Counted from the first letter of the stretch, positions 1-8,814 are shown. The stretch is DNA of 64,000 nt from a bacterium (GCA_021790935.1 JAJYFL010000004.1:91142-155141); one strand, 5' to 3'. Numbers and translations are program-made. The notes: generated by a model not told the origin, from the letters alone.

Positions 1-308
1 GCGAGCTCGCGGCCGGCGTCGACCTCTTGGCCTTCGGCCGGCGCGGGGCGGCCGAGATGCAATATCCCGACGAGGTCTGCCTTGACCGCAGCAGTCTTAA
101 GCGGCGATCCGCTCTCCGGTTCGGCCATCGCAGCCCCCGTCGTGGCGGCCGGTACTCGGGTCGAGCGGCGCAGTTCCACCGCATCGCTGCCTGGGCCCTC
201 GATGCGCAGCCGGATGAGATCGGTCGCTGAGAAGGCCTCGGCCAAGGCCCGGACGCGCAAGGCGGGGAGACGGGCGCCGGCGCCGGCGGGTGAGAGGTCT
301 TCAGGCAT
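1..308 (-). CDS. Possible partial CDS running off the left edge (hypothetical)
   Basis: Hand translation of the minus strand from ATG ~308 to position 1 is open, with no stop. It is absent from the ORF track because there is no in-window stop. A GC-rich spurious frame cannot be excluded. Confidence 0.2.
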   Translation of the reverse strand, partial: MPEDLSPAGAGARLPALRVRALAEAFSATDLIRLRIEGPGSDAVELRRSTRVPAATTGAAMAEPESGSPLKTAAVKADLVGILHLGRPAPAEGQEVDAGREL

Positions 309-347
309 GAGCGCTACCGATTCGCCCCCCCCCGCCCGAAGAACTCC

Positions 348-514
348 TAGGAGCCTGTCGGGGTTGAGCCGTTTTCGGATTTGGTGCCGAATTTTGTTCG
401 GAGACGAGGCGCGAAGAAGGAGCGAAGCCGTAGCTTCGTGACTGATGAGCAACGATGTATTCGGGCAAAAGGCGGCCCAAAGACGGAAACGTGCTTAACT
501 CCGACAGGCTCCTA
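348..514. repeat. MITE-like ~167-bp element, copy 1
   Basis: Begins TAGGAGCCTGTCGG and ends CCGACAGGCTCCTA. The terminal inverted repeats are ~24 bp. It is ~90% identical to copies at 12732-12897 and 49105-49271. Its terminal CTA (512-514) is the TAG stop of folK on the minus strand. Confidence 0.8.
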
Positions 515-967
515 GAGCGGGGAGACCCCGCGGAGCTCGCGCTCCGGCAGCGCGTCGCGTGCCGCCCCGAAGCGCGGGTCGACCTCGGCTAGCGGTACCA
601 GCGCAAAGGCTCGTCCGTACAGGCGCGGGTGCGGTATCTGAAGATCCCGCTCGTCCACGCGCGCGTCGTCGTAGGTCAGGATATCTAGGTCGATCGCGCG
701 CGGGCCCCAGCGAAAGCTCGGCCGGCGGCCCAGGCGGCGCTCGAGACGCTGCAGCGCGGTCATCAACGCGCGCGGAGCGAGATCGGTCTCGAGAAGCACG
801 ACGGCGTTGATGAAATCCGGCTGGTGCGTGAAGCCCCAGGCGCGCGTCTTGTAAAGCCTCGAGACGCGTACGACGCGGCCCGCCGCCGAGAGCGCCTCAA
901 TGGCCGCGCGAACGCTCGCCTCCGCTTCGCCGAGGTTCGAGCCGATTCCGACGGCCGCACAGCTCAC
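512..967 (-). CDS. folK: 2-amino-4-hydroxy-6-hydroxymethyldihydropteridine pyrophosphokinase (HPPK)
   Basis: The 151-aa ORF has HPPK signatures (GSNLG, RWGPRxIDLDIL). Confidence 0.85.
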   Translation of the reverse strand: MSCAAVGIGSNLGEAEASVRAAIEALSAAGRVVRVSRLYKTRAWGFTHQPDFINAVVLLETDLAPRALMTALQRLERRLGRRPSFRWGPRAIDLDILTYDDARVDERDLQIPHPRLYGRAFALVPLAEVDPRFGAARDALPERELRGVSPL

Positions 968-1357
968 CTACGGGACGAACGGCGCGCCGTAGCGCGGATT
1001 CTTGCGATGCAAGGTCACGCCGGGCGTCGCACCTCCCAGAAGCCCCGGCTTCGCGACCGAGAGCTCGACCGAGCGCACGCGCGCGTCGGCCAACACGGTC
1101 GTAGCGAGCGCGCCGGCCAGCGCCTCCAGCAAGAAAAACGACGTGGACTCGACGATCTCGACCAGCGCCCGGCAAAGCGCATCGTAATCGAGCGTATCGC
1201 CGAGTTCGTCGCTGCGCTCTGCCGCCCGTAAATCGATCTCGAGCGCCATCTCGATATCGAAGGGCTGCTCGCGCTCGCGCTCGCCGGGGTTGGCGCCGTG
1301 CCGGCCGTAGGCGCGTATGCCGCGAAGCGTTATGCGGTCCATCCGTCGGGCCTCCAA
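968..1357 (-). CDS. folB: Dihydroneopterin aldolase
   Basis: The 129-aa ORF (ITLRGIRAYGRHGANPGERE..FDIEMAL) is FolB-like. It lies immediately downstream of folP. Confidence 0.8.
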   Translation of the reverse strand: MEARRMDRITLRGIRAYGRHGANPGEREREQPFDIEMALEIDLRAAERSDELGDTLDYDALCRALVEIVESTSFFLLEALAGALATTVLADARVRSVELSVAKPGLLGGATPGVTLHRKNPRYGAPFVP

Positions 1358-2181
1358 TCGCGTACCAGCGCGTCGCTTACCCGCACGACGTCGCGCGCCT
1401 CCGCCACGTCGTGTACGCGCACCATGTCGATACCGGCGGCGATGCCGAGTGCGAGCGTGGCGGCGGTTCCGTAGATGCGCTCCTGCGGTCCGCGCCCCGT
1501 CAGGCGCCCGATGGTCGACTTGCGCGAGGTTCCCAAAAGCGTCGGAAACCCCAAGGCCGTCAAGCGCGGCAGGCCGCGCAACACCGCGATGTTTTGTTCG
1601 GCGCTCTTGCCGAAGCCGATCCCCGGATCGAGGATGACGCGTTCTGCCGGAATGCCCGCGCGCACCGCGCGATGCGCCGCGCCTTCGAGAAAGGCGAGCA
1701 CTTCGTCGATCGCGTCGCCTTCGTACCGCGCCTCTTCTTTATTATGCGTGATGACGACCGGCGCGCCGCATTCGACGGCGACCGCCAGCAGGGCGCCCGG
1801 CATCCCCCAGACCGAATTCAATACGTCGGCGCCCGCTTCGTGCGCGGCACGAAAGACCGTGGGTTTGTACGTGTCGGCAGAGATGATTGCATTCGGCAGC
1901 CGAGCGCGCACCTCGCGCACGACCGGCACGAGCCGCGCGATCTCGGTCGCGTCGTCGATTACCGTATGCCCCGGCCGCGTCGACTCCGCACCGATGTCGA
2001 GCAGATCGCTCGCGCGCTCGAACTGCGCGATCGCATGAGCGACGGCATCGCCGGTGCGCGGGCGGCCGTCGCCGGAGAACGAATCCGGCGTTACGTTGAC
2101 GATCCCCATCAGGTAGGTCCGCGCTCCCCATCGCAGTTCGCTGCCGCGCAAGCGCAGGGCTCCCCGGCCGGTCGCTTCCAC
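1330..2181 (-). CDS. folP: Dihydropteroate synthase
   Basis: The MGIVNVTPDSFSGDG pterin-binding N-terminal motif and a GxGFGK-like region are present. An alternative start at Met25 (2109) is possible. Confidence 0.85.
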   Translation of the reverse strand: MEATGRGALRLRGSELRWGARTYLMGIVNVTPDSFSGDGRPRTGDAVAHAIAQFERASDLLDIGAESTRPGHTVIDDATEIARLVPVVREVRARLPNAIISADTYKPTVFRAAHEAGADVLNSVWGMPGALLAVAVECGAPVVITHNKEEARYEGDAIDEVLAFLEGAAHRAVRAGIPAERVILDPGIGFGKSAEQNIAVLRGLPRLTALGFPTLLGTSRKSTIGRLTGRGPQERIYGTAATLALGIAAGIDMVRVHDVAEARDVVRVSDALVRDWRPDGWTA

Positions 2182-2182
2182 G

Positions 2183-3508
2183 TCAGCGCGCGGGCTCTCG
2201 AGCGGCCGCGTTCTCGATCCACCATTCCCGCAGCTCGGCGACGACGAACGTCGAGCCCGTTACGACGACGATTTCGTCGGCGGCCGCGTTGCGCCGTGCG
2301 GCCGCGAGCGCCTCGCGTGGATCGGCGATCGCGCTTCCCCAAAGGCCTTGCGCCTCCGCGAGGCTCGCCAAACGCTGCGGCTTGGTTGCGACGCGCCCGG
2401 CCGTAGCGAATGTCGTGAAGACGAACCGGGCGCGCAGGTCCGCGAACGCGCGCACGATAGCGGGCGCGTCTTTGCCTTCGCTCACGGCGATAACGAAGGC
2501 GAACCGGCGATCCGGAAACTTCGAGCGCAGCGACGCCGCCAGGTGTGCCGCCTTGTCCGGGTTGTGCGCGATGTCGAAGACGACGCCGGGGAAGCCGGCA
2601 AAGTACTCCATGCGGCCCGGAATCACGACGTTTGCCAATCCCCGCCGCACAGCGTCCGGCGAAGGCCGCAGCTCCGTGCCTAACTGCTCGAGCGCCAGAA
2701 TCGCGGTCGCCGCGTTGCGTTCCTGGAACTTCCCGAGCACCGGAAGAGCGATCTCGTATCGAGCACGCGCGGTGACAACCGCAAACGTCTGCCCGTATCC
2801 CAGCTCGTCCTTAGATAGGACGCGCGTCGCATCGAGGACGTGAACGAACGGCGCACCGACCGCGGCGCAGTGCGCTTCGATGACGCGCCGGGCTCCGGCA
2901 TCCTCGACCGCGCTGACAAGCGGGACACCGGGTTTAGCGATTCCGGCCTTATCGCCGGCGATCGCGTCCAAGGTGTCTCCTAAAATCTCGGTATGATCGA
3001 GACCCACGTTCGTGATTATGCAAACCTGCGGCCGCAGCACGTTGGTCCCGTCGAGCCGCCCGCCGATGCCGACCTCGATGACGGCCGCGCCAACCCGCTC
3101 GCGCGCGAAATGCGCGAACGCGAGCGCCAGCAGCGTTTCGTAATATGTCGGCCGTCCGTGGGCGGCCGTCGTCCGCTCGATCGCGGGCATCATCTCGGTC
3201 AACAGCTCCGCGAAGCGTTCCTGCGCGATAGAAAGGCCGTCGACGCGCGCGCGCTCGGTCATCGAGCGTAGATGGGGCTTCGTGTGCAGACCCGTTCGCA
3301 CTCCCGAAGCCTGCAAGGCGCCGGCGATCATCGTCGACGTGGAACCCTTTCCGCTGGTACCGCCGACGTGAACGGTCGGGTAACGTTCTTGCGGGTCGCC
3401 GAGCTCGCGCAAAAAGGCACGCATGCGATCGAGCCGATGGGGCTCGCGGCGCGAAGCGGTCTCGTTGATCGTTCCGAGCAGGTAGGCTTGGGCCCGGCCG
3501 AAGTCCAT
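2183..3508 (-). CDS. folC: Dihydrofolate synthase / folylpolyglutamate synthase
   Basis: The GGTSGKGST P-loop and Mur-ligase-like architecture are present. The start is placed at internal Met29 (MDFGRAQ) to avoid a long overlap with mog. Confidence 0.8.
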   Translation of the reverse strand: MDFGRAQAYLLGTINETASRREPHRLDRMRAFLRELGDPQERYPTVHVGGTSGKGSTSTMIAGALQASGVRTGLHTKPHLRSMTERARVDGLSIAQERFAELLTEMMPAIERTTAAHGRPTYYETLLALAFAHFARERVGAAVIEVGIGGRLDGTNVLRPQVCIITNVGLDHTEILGDTLDAIAGDKAGIAKPGVPLVSAVEDAGARRVIEAHCAAVGAPFVHVLDATRVLSKDELGYGQTFAVVTARARYEIALPVLGKFQERNAATAILALEQLGTELRPSPDAVRRGLANVVIPGRMEYFAGFPGVVFDIAHNPDKAAHLAASLRSKFPDRRFAFVIAVSEGKDAPAIVRAFADLRARFVFTTFATAGRVATKPQRLASLAEAQGLWGSAIADPREALAAARRNAAADEIVVVTGSTFVVAELREWWIENAAAREPAR

Positions 3509-3512
3509 GCGC

Positions 3513-3998
3513 TTAGCCGTCGACGACCTCGTCGGCCAGCAGCGCGAGAGCGTGGGGGAGTACCGGCAGAATCTCGTCGAGCGCCTCCGCAACGGCCTTG
3601 GGACTGCCCGGCAAATTCACGATCAAGGTCCGGTTGCGCACGCCTGCGACGGCACGAGAGAGCATCGCGCTCTTGACGGTGCGGACCGACGCCGCTCGGA
3701 TCGCCTCGGCGATGCCCGGAACCAGATAGTCGACGATCCCCTCCGTAGCCTGCGGCGTGCGGTCGCGTGGAGAGAGCCCCGTCCCACCGCTCGTGAGGAC
3801 CAGATCGACGATGCCGCCGTCGCACGCATCGATCAGCTCGGCCTGCAGCGCGCCGGGATCGTCGGGCATGATGCGTTCGCGCACGATTTCATAGGCGGCC
3901 CCCAACCGCTCGCGCATCACCGGCAGAGATCCATCCGCACGTAGCCCCGCGGCCGCCCGGTCAGAGAGCACGACCAACGCCACCCGCCCCCTCCTCAT
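3513..3998 (-). CDS. mog: Molybdenum cofactor biosynthesis protein MogA/MoaB (molybdopterin adenylyltransferase)
   Basis: The 161-aa ORF has a GGTGLSPRD motif typical of the MoaB/MogA family. Confidence 0.8.
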   Translation of the reverse strand: MRRGRVALVVLSDRAAAGLRADGSLPVMRERLGAAYEIVRERIMPDDPGALQAELIDACDGGIVDLVLTSGGTGLSPRDRTPQATEGIVDYLVPGIAEAIRAASVRTVKSAMLSRAVAGVRNRTLIVNLPGSPKAVAEALDEILPVLPHALALLADEVVDG

Positions 3999-4477
3999 CC
4001 CCTGTCATCCTGAGCTTGTCGAAGGGCATCCTGAGCTTGTCGGAGGGCATCCCGCTCTTGCCGAAGGGATTTTCCGCCGGTCTTCTCCAGCAGCCTCACC
4101 GACTCGATATCGATCCATCGGTCGAGCGCCTTGGTCATGTCGTAGATGGTGAGCGCCGCGACCGCCGCGGCAACCATCGCCTCCATCTCGACCCCGGTCG
4201 GGGCCGTCGTGCGTGCCGCGGATTCGACCCGCAACAGGCCATCGTCATCCCAGGCGAACGAAACATCCACGCTGGAGAGCGCAATCGGATGGGCGAGCGG
4301 TATCAGCTCCGCGGTCCGCTTGGCGGCCATGATCCCGGCGATCTGTGCGGCGACGAACGCATCGCCCTTGGGCAGAGTCGCTGCCGCCAGCGCAGCGCGC
4401 GCGGCGGCGCTCATCCGCACGCGCGCTTGGGCGCGAGCGGTTCGCAGCGTTGGCGGCTTACCGGAAACGTCCACCAT
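3995..4477 (-). CDS. moaC: Cyclic pyranopterin monophosphate synthase MoaC
   Basis: MVDVSGKPPTLRTA..ELIPLAHPI is MoaC-like. The start is taken at internal Met113 of the track ORF. The C-terminal tail (DALRQAQDALRQAQDDRG) is encoded by a 21-nt tandem DNA repeat. Confidence 0.8.
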   Translation of the reverse strand: MVDVSGKPPTLRTARAQARVRMSAAARAALAAATLPKGDAFVAAQIAGIMAAKRTAELIPLAHPIALSSVDVSFAWDDDGLLRVESAARTTAPTGVEMEAMVAAAVAALTIYDMTKALDRWIDIESVRLLEKTGGKSLRQERDALRQAQDALRQAQDDRG

Positions 4478-4539
4478 GGAAACGTTGCCGGTACTCGTAA
4501 TATGTGAGGGTTTCTGCACGGCAATTGTAAAACGAATGG

Positions 4540-5730
4540 ATGACGATGACGCTATTCGAGCGTGTAGGCGCCAATTCGAGCCCGGAACCCGGGGCCCTAG
4601 CGGACGTGCTATCGCTCTTTGGGGCAGTTGCCGATGCTGCCGCCGGATCCCCGCCCGAAGCGACTCCGAGCATCGCATCGCTCGCGGTCTGGATGGCTCG
4701 GCTCGCCGAGCTCTCGCAGGAAGAGGCCGACGCGCTGTACTTCGCCGCGTTGCTCCGTAATCTGGGCGCGCTCGGTAATCCGGCTTTTGGAAAGGGCGAG
4801 CCGCTGCCCGCACGCTTAGCCGAGATGCATCGCTGGGATATCCCCGTCAGCGGTGCGCGACTCTGCGAATCGATACGGCCGCTACCGCGGCCGACCGCCG
4901 ACCTCGTGCGCTGGAGCGCAGAGCGCTGGGATGGGACGGGGTACCCCGATCAGCTCCGCTGGCACGGCATCCCAAGAGCCGCGCAGGCGCTCCACCTGGC
5001 CTGCACCTACGTGCGATTCGCCGACCGCGAAGAAGCACTCGCAACGATCGCCGGCGAGAGCGGCCAGGCGTTCGCGCCCGAACAGACGCGCACGTTCGTC
5101 ATGTGGTATCACGCGTGCGGCGGTGAGATCGAACCGGTCGGCATTCCCCTGCACGCGCTCGACGCGAAGCTGGCGACGACCGGCGAGATCGTCGATACCC
5201 TCGCCGACCGCATAGACGCACACAACGGCACCCCGGGCCGCTGGAGGCGCGTCCTCCAGCGCGCCGAGCACGCTGCGGCGGCGCTCCAGCTGTCGCCGAG
5301 CGATCGCACCCAGCTCGCTTGCGCCGTGCGCTTCTTCGCAGCGGGCGAGATCGACGACGCAATCCTCGAAGCGGAGCGCTTCGGGCCGATGGCGCGTCTC
5401 GGGGTGAAGAACCGCGCAAAACACGCGGTCGCTGCCGCCGCACTCCTCGAACGCTCGACCACCCTCGGAGCGGCGGCGCCGCTGCTGCGCGCGCGCGCCG
5501 AGTGGTACGACGGCACGGGGAAACCCGACGGCCTCCGGCACGAAGCGATCCCGCCGGCCGCCATGGTGCTCTCGGCATGCATCGCCTACGATGCGCTCGA
5601 ACAGAGTGCCCGCGAAAAAACCCGCGAAGATCATCGCCGCCCGCTCGACCGCATCGAAACGGCCTCCGGAACGCAGTTCGACCCCCGCGTCGTAAGCGCG
5701 CTCGCGCAGACCGTGCAGGAACGCACGTGA
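4540..5730 (+). CDS. Protein with two degenerate HD-GYP-like domains
   Basis: Two copies of the DGTG(Y/K)PD(Q/G)L signature occur (ERWDGTGYPDQL and EWYDGTGKPDGL). The canonical HD and HHE metal-ligand motifs are replaced (LRNLGA and SAERW). Confidence 0.6.
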   Translation: MTMTLFERVGANSSPEPGALADVLSLFGAVADAAAGSPPEATPSIASLAVWMARLAELSQEEADALYFAALLRNLGALGNPAFGKGEPLPARLAEMHRWDIPVSGARLCESIRPLPRPTADLVRWSAERWDGTGYPDQLRWHGIPRAAQALHLACTYVRFADREEALATIAGESGQAFAPEQTRTFVMWYHACGGEIEPVGIPLHALDAKLATTGEIVDTLADRIDAHNGTPGRWRRVLQRAEHAAAALQLSPSDRTQLACAVRFFAAGEIDDAILEAERFGPMARLGVKNRAKHAVAAAALLERSTTLGAAAPLLRARAEWYDGTGKPDGLRHEAIPPAAMVLSACIAYDALEQSAREKTREDHRRPLDRIETASGTQFDPRVVSALAQTVQERT

Positions 5731-6641
5731 TCGAGCTGCACGCACGCACCCGCCGTATCAGCGGCTCTCGTCTCGAAGAGCTGCTCGGCCGCTACGACGC
5801 CCGCAGCGTCGTAGACCCACTGATGGGTCTGCCCACGCACTTGAATTATCTCAAACGCCACGGCATCGCCGTACACGGCGGCGACGTACTCGAATGGTTC
5901 GTACGCGCCGGGGAGGGGCTCGTCGTCAACGATTTCACCATATTGCGCGACATCGAGGTCGCGGAGATCGTCGAGATGCTGCCCGGCCGCATCTATCCGC
6001 TCGATCGCTTCAAAGCGTGGGAAGGTGTATTCTTCACCGAAGAACAGTGCGCGTATCTGGGCGTGTGGCACGACAACGTGCGCAATCTGCGAAGCGACGG
6101 CCAGACGGGTCTCGCGATTCTTGGGCTCTGGTTCGTCCTCTCCTACTGGCTGCAGAAAGCGCACTACCCCGACGATATGCAAGATCTCCCGCCCAGCGAA
6201 CTCGCGTGGAATTACCTGCGCAAGACCGAGCGGTGGGTCGGGAGCAACATGCTGCGCAACACCGTGCGCCAAAGCGACGTGCTGGCGACGGTCTCCTCGC
6301 AGCGAGCCGACGCGCTCTTCTTAGCTCCGCCGGCGCGCAATGCGTTCCGTAGCTCCGACGCACGCATTTGGATGTGGGAGGCTTGGTGGCAGGGCAACCC
6401 CTACTACAACATCGAGCATTCCTACCGCGATTCGCTCTTCGGCGCGCGCAGCGCCGACGAACACGGCTATGCCCGCGCCTTCGCCACCGTGCTATCGGCC
6501 GCGCGAGAGTATCCGGTCATCATCGTTCAGGCGACGAAGGAGCGGCTTCACGAGTTCGAACCGCATCTGCGCAACGCGCGCCGTAACGTCGATATCGTCA
6601 CGCCATACGGCAACGAAGTCTACCTCGTCGGCACGAAGTAG
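5727..6641 (+). CDS. Hypothetical protein, translationally coupled to the HD-GYP gene
   Basis: The GTG start overlaps the upstream TGA (GTGA). The 304-aa product has no family I can assign confidently. It contains an LAPP segment, and a methyltransferase-like fold cannot be excluded. Confidence 0.45.
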   Translation: MIELHARTRRISGSRLEELLGRYDARSVVDPLMGLPTHLNYLKRHGIAVHGGDVLEWFVRAGEGLVVNDFTILRDIEVAEIVEMLPGRIYPLDRFKAWEGVFFTEEQCAYLGVWHDNVRNLRSDGQTGLAILGLWFVLSYWLQKAHYPDDMQDLPPSELAWNYLRKTERWVGSNMLRNTVRQSDVLATVSSQRADALFLAPPARNAFRSSDARIWMWEAWWQGNPYYNIEHSYRDSLFGARSADEHGYARAFATVLSAAREYPVIIVQATKERLHEFEPHLRNARRNVDIVTPYGNEVYLVGTK

Positions 6642-6648
6642 CCGCGAG

Positions 6649-6834
6649 TCAGCGCGAGGGCGCGGACTGGAAGCGGGCCCAGATCAACGCCAGTACCGCC
6701 AAGACCCAGAGCAGGATTAGGTGCTTGATATGGTGCCCGTGACCTGCCGACGTGAGCACGTTGACGATGCCGAGCCCGTAGAGCAAGCCCAGTACGAACA
6801 GAGCGACGGCCAATACGATTGCGAGAATTTTCAA
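6649..6834 (-). CDS. Small hydrophobic protein (two predicted TM helices), hypothetical
   Basis: A TTG start overlaps the uppP stop (TTGA). The product is KILAIVLAVALFVLGLLYGLGIV...LILLWVLAVLALIW. Confidence 0.35.
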   Translation of the reverse strand: MKILAIVLAVALFVLGLLYGLGIVNVLTSAGHGHHIKHLILLWVLAVLALIWARFQSAPSR

Positions 6835-7691
6835 TGTATGACTCCCATGCGGGCGAGGGTGAAACAGAGAGCGCCGAAGAGCAGGCAGTACCACCCGAAC
6901 GGGCGCAGATCGTTCGATTTGAAGTAGCGGGTCAAAAACGCGACGGAAGCGTACGCCGCAGCGCCCGCCACAGCGCCGCCCGCCACCGCTTCCCCCAGTG
7001 CGACGTGCGCGCCTGGTGCGAAGAGGTCGGGAATCTTCAGAAGCGCCGCCGCAAGAATGACGGGCGTTGCGAGCATAAAGGAGTATCGAGCGGCGTCTTC
7101 GTGGTCGAGATCGAAGAGTAGGCCGGCGACCATCGAGGCTCCCGACCGCGATATCCCCGGCAGGAGCGCAAACGCTTCGCCGACGCCGACCCCGACGCTC
7201 TGAAGCCAGGTGAGTTTTTCCAGCGGTTTGTACGACTTGCCGCGATCCTCGTGCTGGCGCCTGCGCAGATACTCGCCCAGAAACATCACCAGGCCGTTGA
7301 TCATCAAGAACGCCGCGGCCGGCTCGACCGCGCCGAAAAGGCGCTGCACGGGCTTCTGCAGGGCGAGCCCGAGCAGACCGACCGGAATGGTGGCGACGAC
7401 GAGCAGCCAGCCAGTGCGTTCGTCGCGGCCCTCTCCGAGCCGCCCGCGGACGATCCCCGCCACGACCGCCTTGGCGATGCGCACCCAGTCTCGCCAGTAG
7501 AATATTGCCAGCGCGAGAGCCGTTCCGCAATGCAGGGCGACGACGAACGGAAGAAAGGTTCCATTATCGCGCTTGACGTTTTGCCAGTTCAGCAGGGCGG
7601 GGACGAGGATCGTGTGGCCGAGGCTGCTAACGGGGAAGAGCTCGCTCACCCCTTGCAAGAGCGCGAGAATCAGCGCTTGCGTGAAAGTCAC
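6831..7691 (-). CDS. uppP: Undecaprenyl-diphosphatase
   Basis: The 286-aa membrane protein has GISRSG and SSLGHT motifs of the BacA/UppP family. Confidence 0.85.
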   Translation of the reverse strand: MTFTQALILALLQGVSELFPVSSLGHTILVPALLNWQNVKRDNGTFLPFVVALHCGTALALAIFYWRDWVRIAKAVVAGIVRGRLGEGRDERTGWLLVVATIPVGLLGLALQKPVQRLFGAVEPAAAFLMINGLVMFLGEYLRRRQHEDRGKSYKPLEKLTWLQSVGVGVGEAFALLPGISRSGASMVAGLLFDLDHEDAARYSFMLATPVILAAALLKIPDLFAPGAHVALGEAVAGGAVAGAAAYASVAFLTRYFKSNDLRPFGWYCLLFGALCFTLARMGVIH

Positions 7692-7749
7692 GCAGCCGAA
7701 GATACGCTACCGGAAGGATTGCTCCTGGGAGCGGACTAAGGCGTTTGCG

Positions 7750-8157
7750 ATGGCAGAACCGTCAGGCGAGGAGCAGTCGCAGGACGCGTCGGGAGGGGCA
7801 TCTTCCCGCGAGCGCGAGTTCGAGCGCGTCGGCGATACGTTGCTGGTCTCCTACAGCATCGCTGAGGAGTTCGAACCGGAGTTTACGGAGGCCTACGATA
7901 TCGCCGCCGGCGGGATGGCGATGATCACGAACGCCGAACTGCCTAAGGGCGTACCGGTGATCGTGCAGATCGAACTGCGGGGAGATTCGCGCCCGGTCAT
8001 TCGCGTCGCCGGCATCGTACGGTGGTCGCACTTCGATACCATGCTGCGCCGCTACCGCACCGGCGTTTCGTTTATCGACGTGGACGACCAAACGCACGGC
8101 GATCTGTTGCGTTACATCGATACGCTGCACCTGCTGCGTGATATGGGCGTTCTCTAA
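7750..8157 (+). CDS. PilZ domain-containing protein
   Basis: RVAGIVRWSHFDT...GVSFIDVDDQTHGDLLRYI is PilZ-like. The start is placed at Met60 of the track ORF to avoid overlap with uppP. Confidence 0.55.
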   Translation: MAEPSGEEQSQDASGGASSREREFERVGDTLLVSYSIAEEFEPEFTEAYDIAAGGMAMITNAELPKGVPVIVQIELRGDSRPVIRVAGIVRWSHFDTMLRRYRTGVSFIDVDDQTHGDLLRYIDTLHLLRDMGVL

Positions 8158-8166
8158 CCGCGGCCT

Positions 8167-8814
8167 CTACCAGGCGACGAACTTCACCGTGAAGGTGTAG
8201 GTTCCGGGCACTGCCGCGCAATTGACGTAACGCGGTGCGTAGACGGAGTCGCGAGCCATCTGCAGCGCAACCATGTCCAGGTCACCGCTCCCGGAGGTCC
8301 CTACTACGGTCGCTGCGGTGACGCGTGCGTTGCGATCGAGCGTTACGCGGATGCTCGTGATACCGCTGGTGCCGGCCGCACGAGCCTCCGGCGCGATCTC
8401 GGGCGGCGGAGGCAGTTGCAGCACGCCGGGCGGGGCATCGGGGACGCTGCACGGGGGGCGGCTCGGCACTGCGGTCGGCAGCGGGGATGGGCTGCCGGTC
8501 GGGACGGCGGCCCGTTTCGTGCCACCGCCGGCAGGTGCCACCGCGATCTTCGACGGCATACGTATTCGCGCGCGCGATCGAGCAGGTTTGGCGACCCGCG
8601 CCGGCAACGGGTGCGGTAGGTGACGTACCGGCGGGCGCGGAGACGGGGTCGCATGCGTCAGCGTCAGGATCTCGCGCGTGCTTAGGCTTACATACTCCGG
8701 TTTTTCGCGCTGCAGGCCGAACGGCCATCGAATCAGCCCAGCGACGAAGAGATGCAGCAAGAGCGACAGAGAGATCGCGAGCAGGAGGGCCGAACGACCG
8801 CGCTTGGAGACCAC
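8167..8814 (-). CDS. tonB: Energy transducer TonB (paralog 1)
   Basis: The protein has an N-terminal TM anchor, a Pro-rich spacer and a C-terminal TonB_C-like domain (IRVTLDRNARVTAATVV...ARDSVYAP). Confidence 0.65.
   Translation of the reverse strand: MVSKRGRSALLLAISLSLLLHLFVAGLIRWPFGLQREKPEYVSLSTREILTLTHATPSPRPPVRHLPHPLPARVAKPARSRARIRMPSKIAVAPAGGGTKRAAVPTGSPSPLPTAVPSRPPCSVPDAPPGVLQLPPPPEIAPEARAAGTSGITSIRVTLDRNARVTAATVVGTSGSGDLDMVALQMARDSVYAPRYVNCAAVPGTYTFTVKFVAW

Noticed and set aside
82-441. Plus-strand ORFs 82-441 and 12082-12825 sharing the C-terminus ...SRFRIWCRILFGDEARRRSEAVAS
   Set aside because: The shared tail is simply the translated MITE-like element. Both ORFs run antisense or out of frame to real genes and are artefacts of the GC-rich open frames.
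420-470. Hammerhead-ribozyme-like core inside the MITE-like element (CGAAGC-CGUA-GCUUCG ... CUGAUGA-G...C-GAAA)
   Set aside because: CUGAUGA, a stem-II-like hairpin and GAAA are present in order. However, three unpaired nt separate helix I from CUGAUGA. No helix III with a U-H cleavage site can be formed with the flanks, and the terminal stem is not placed where helix III would need to be. This is a partial motif match only.
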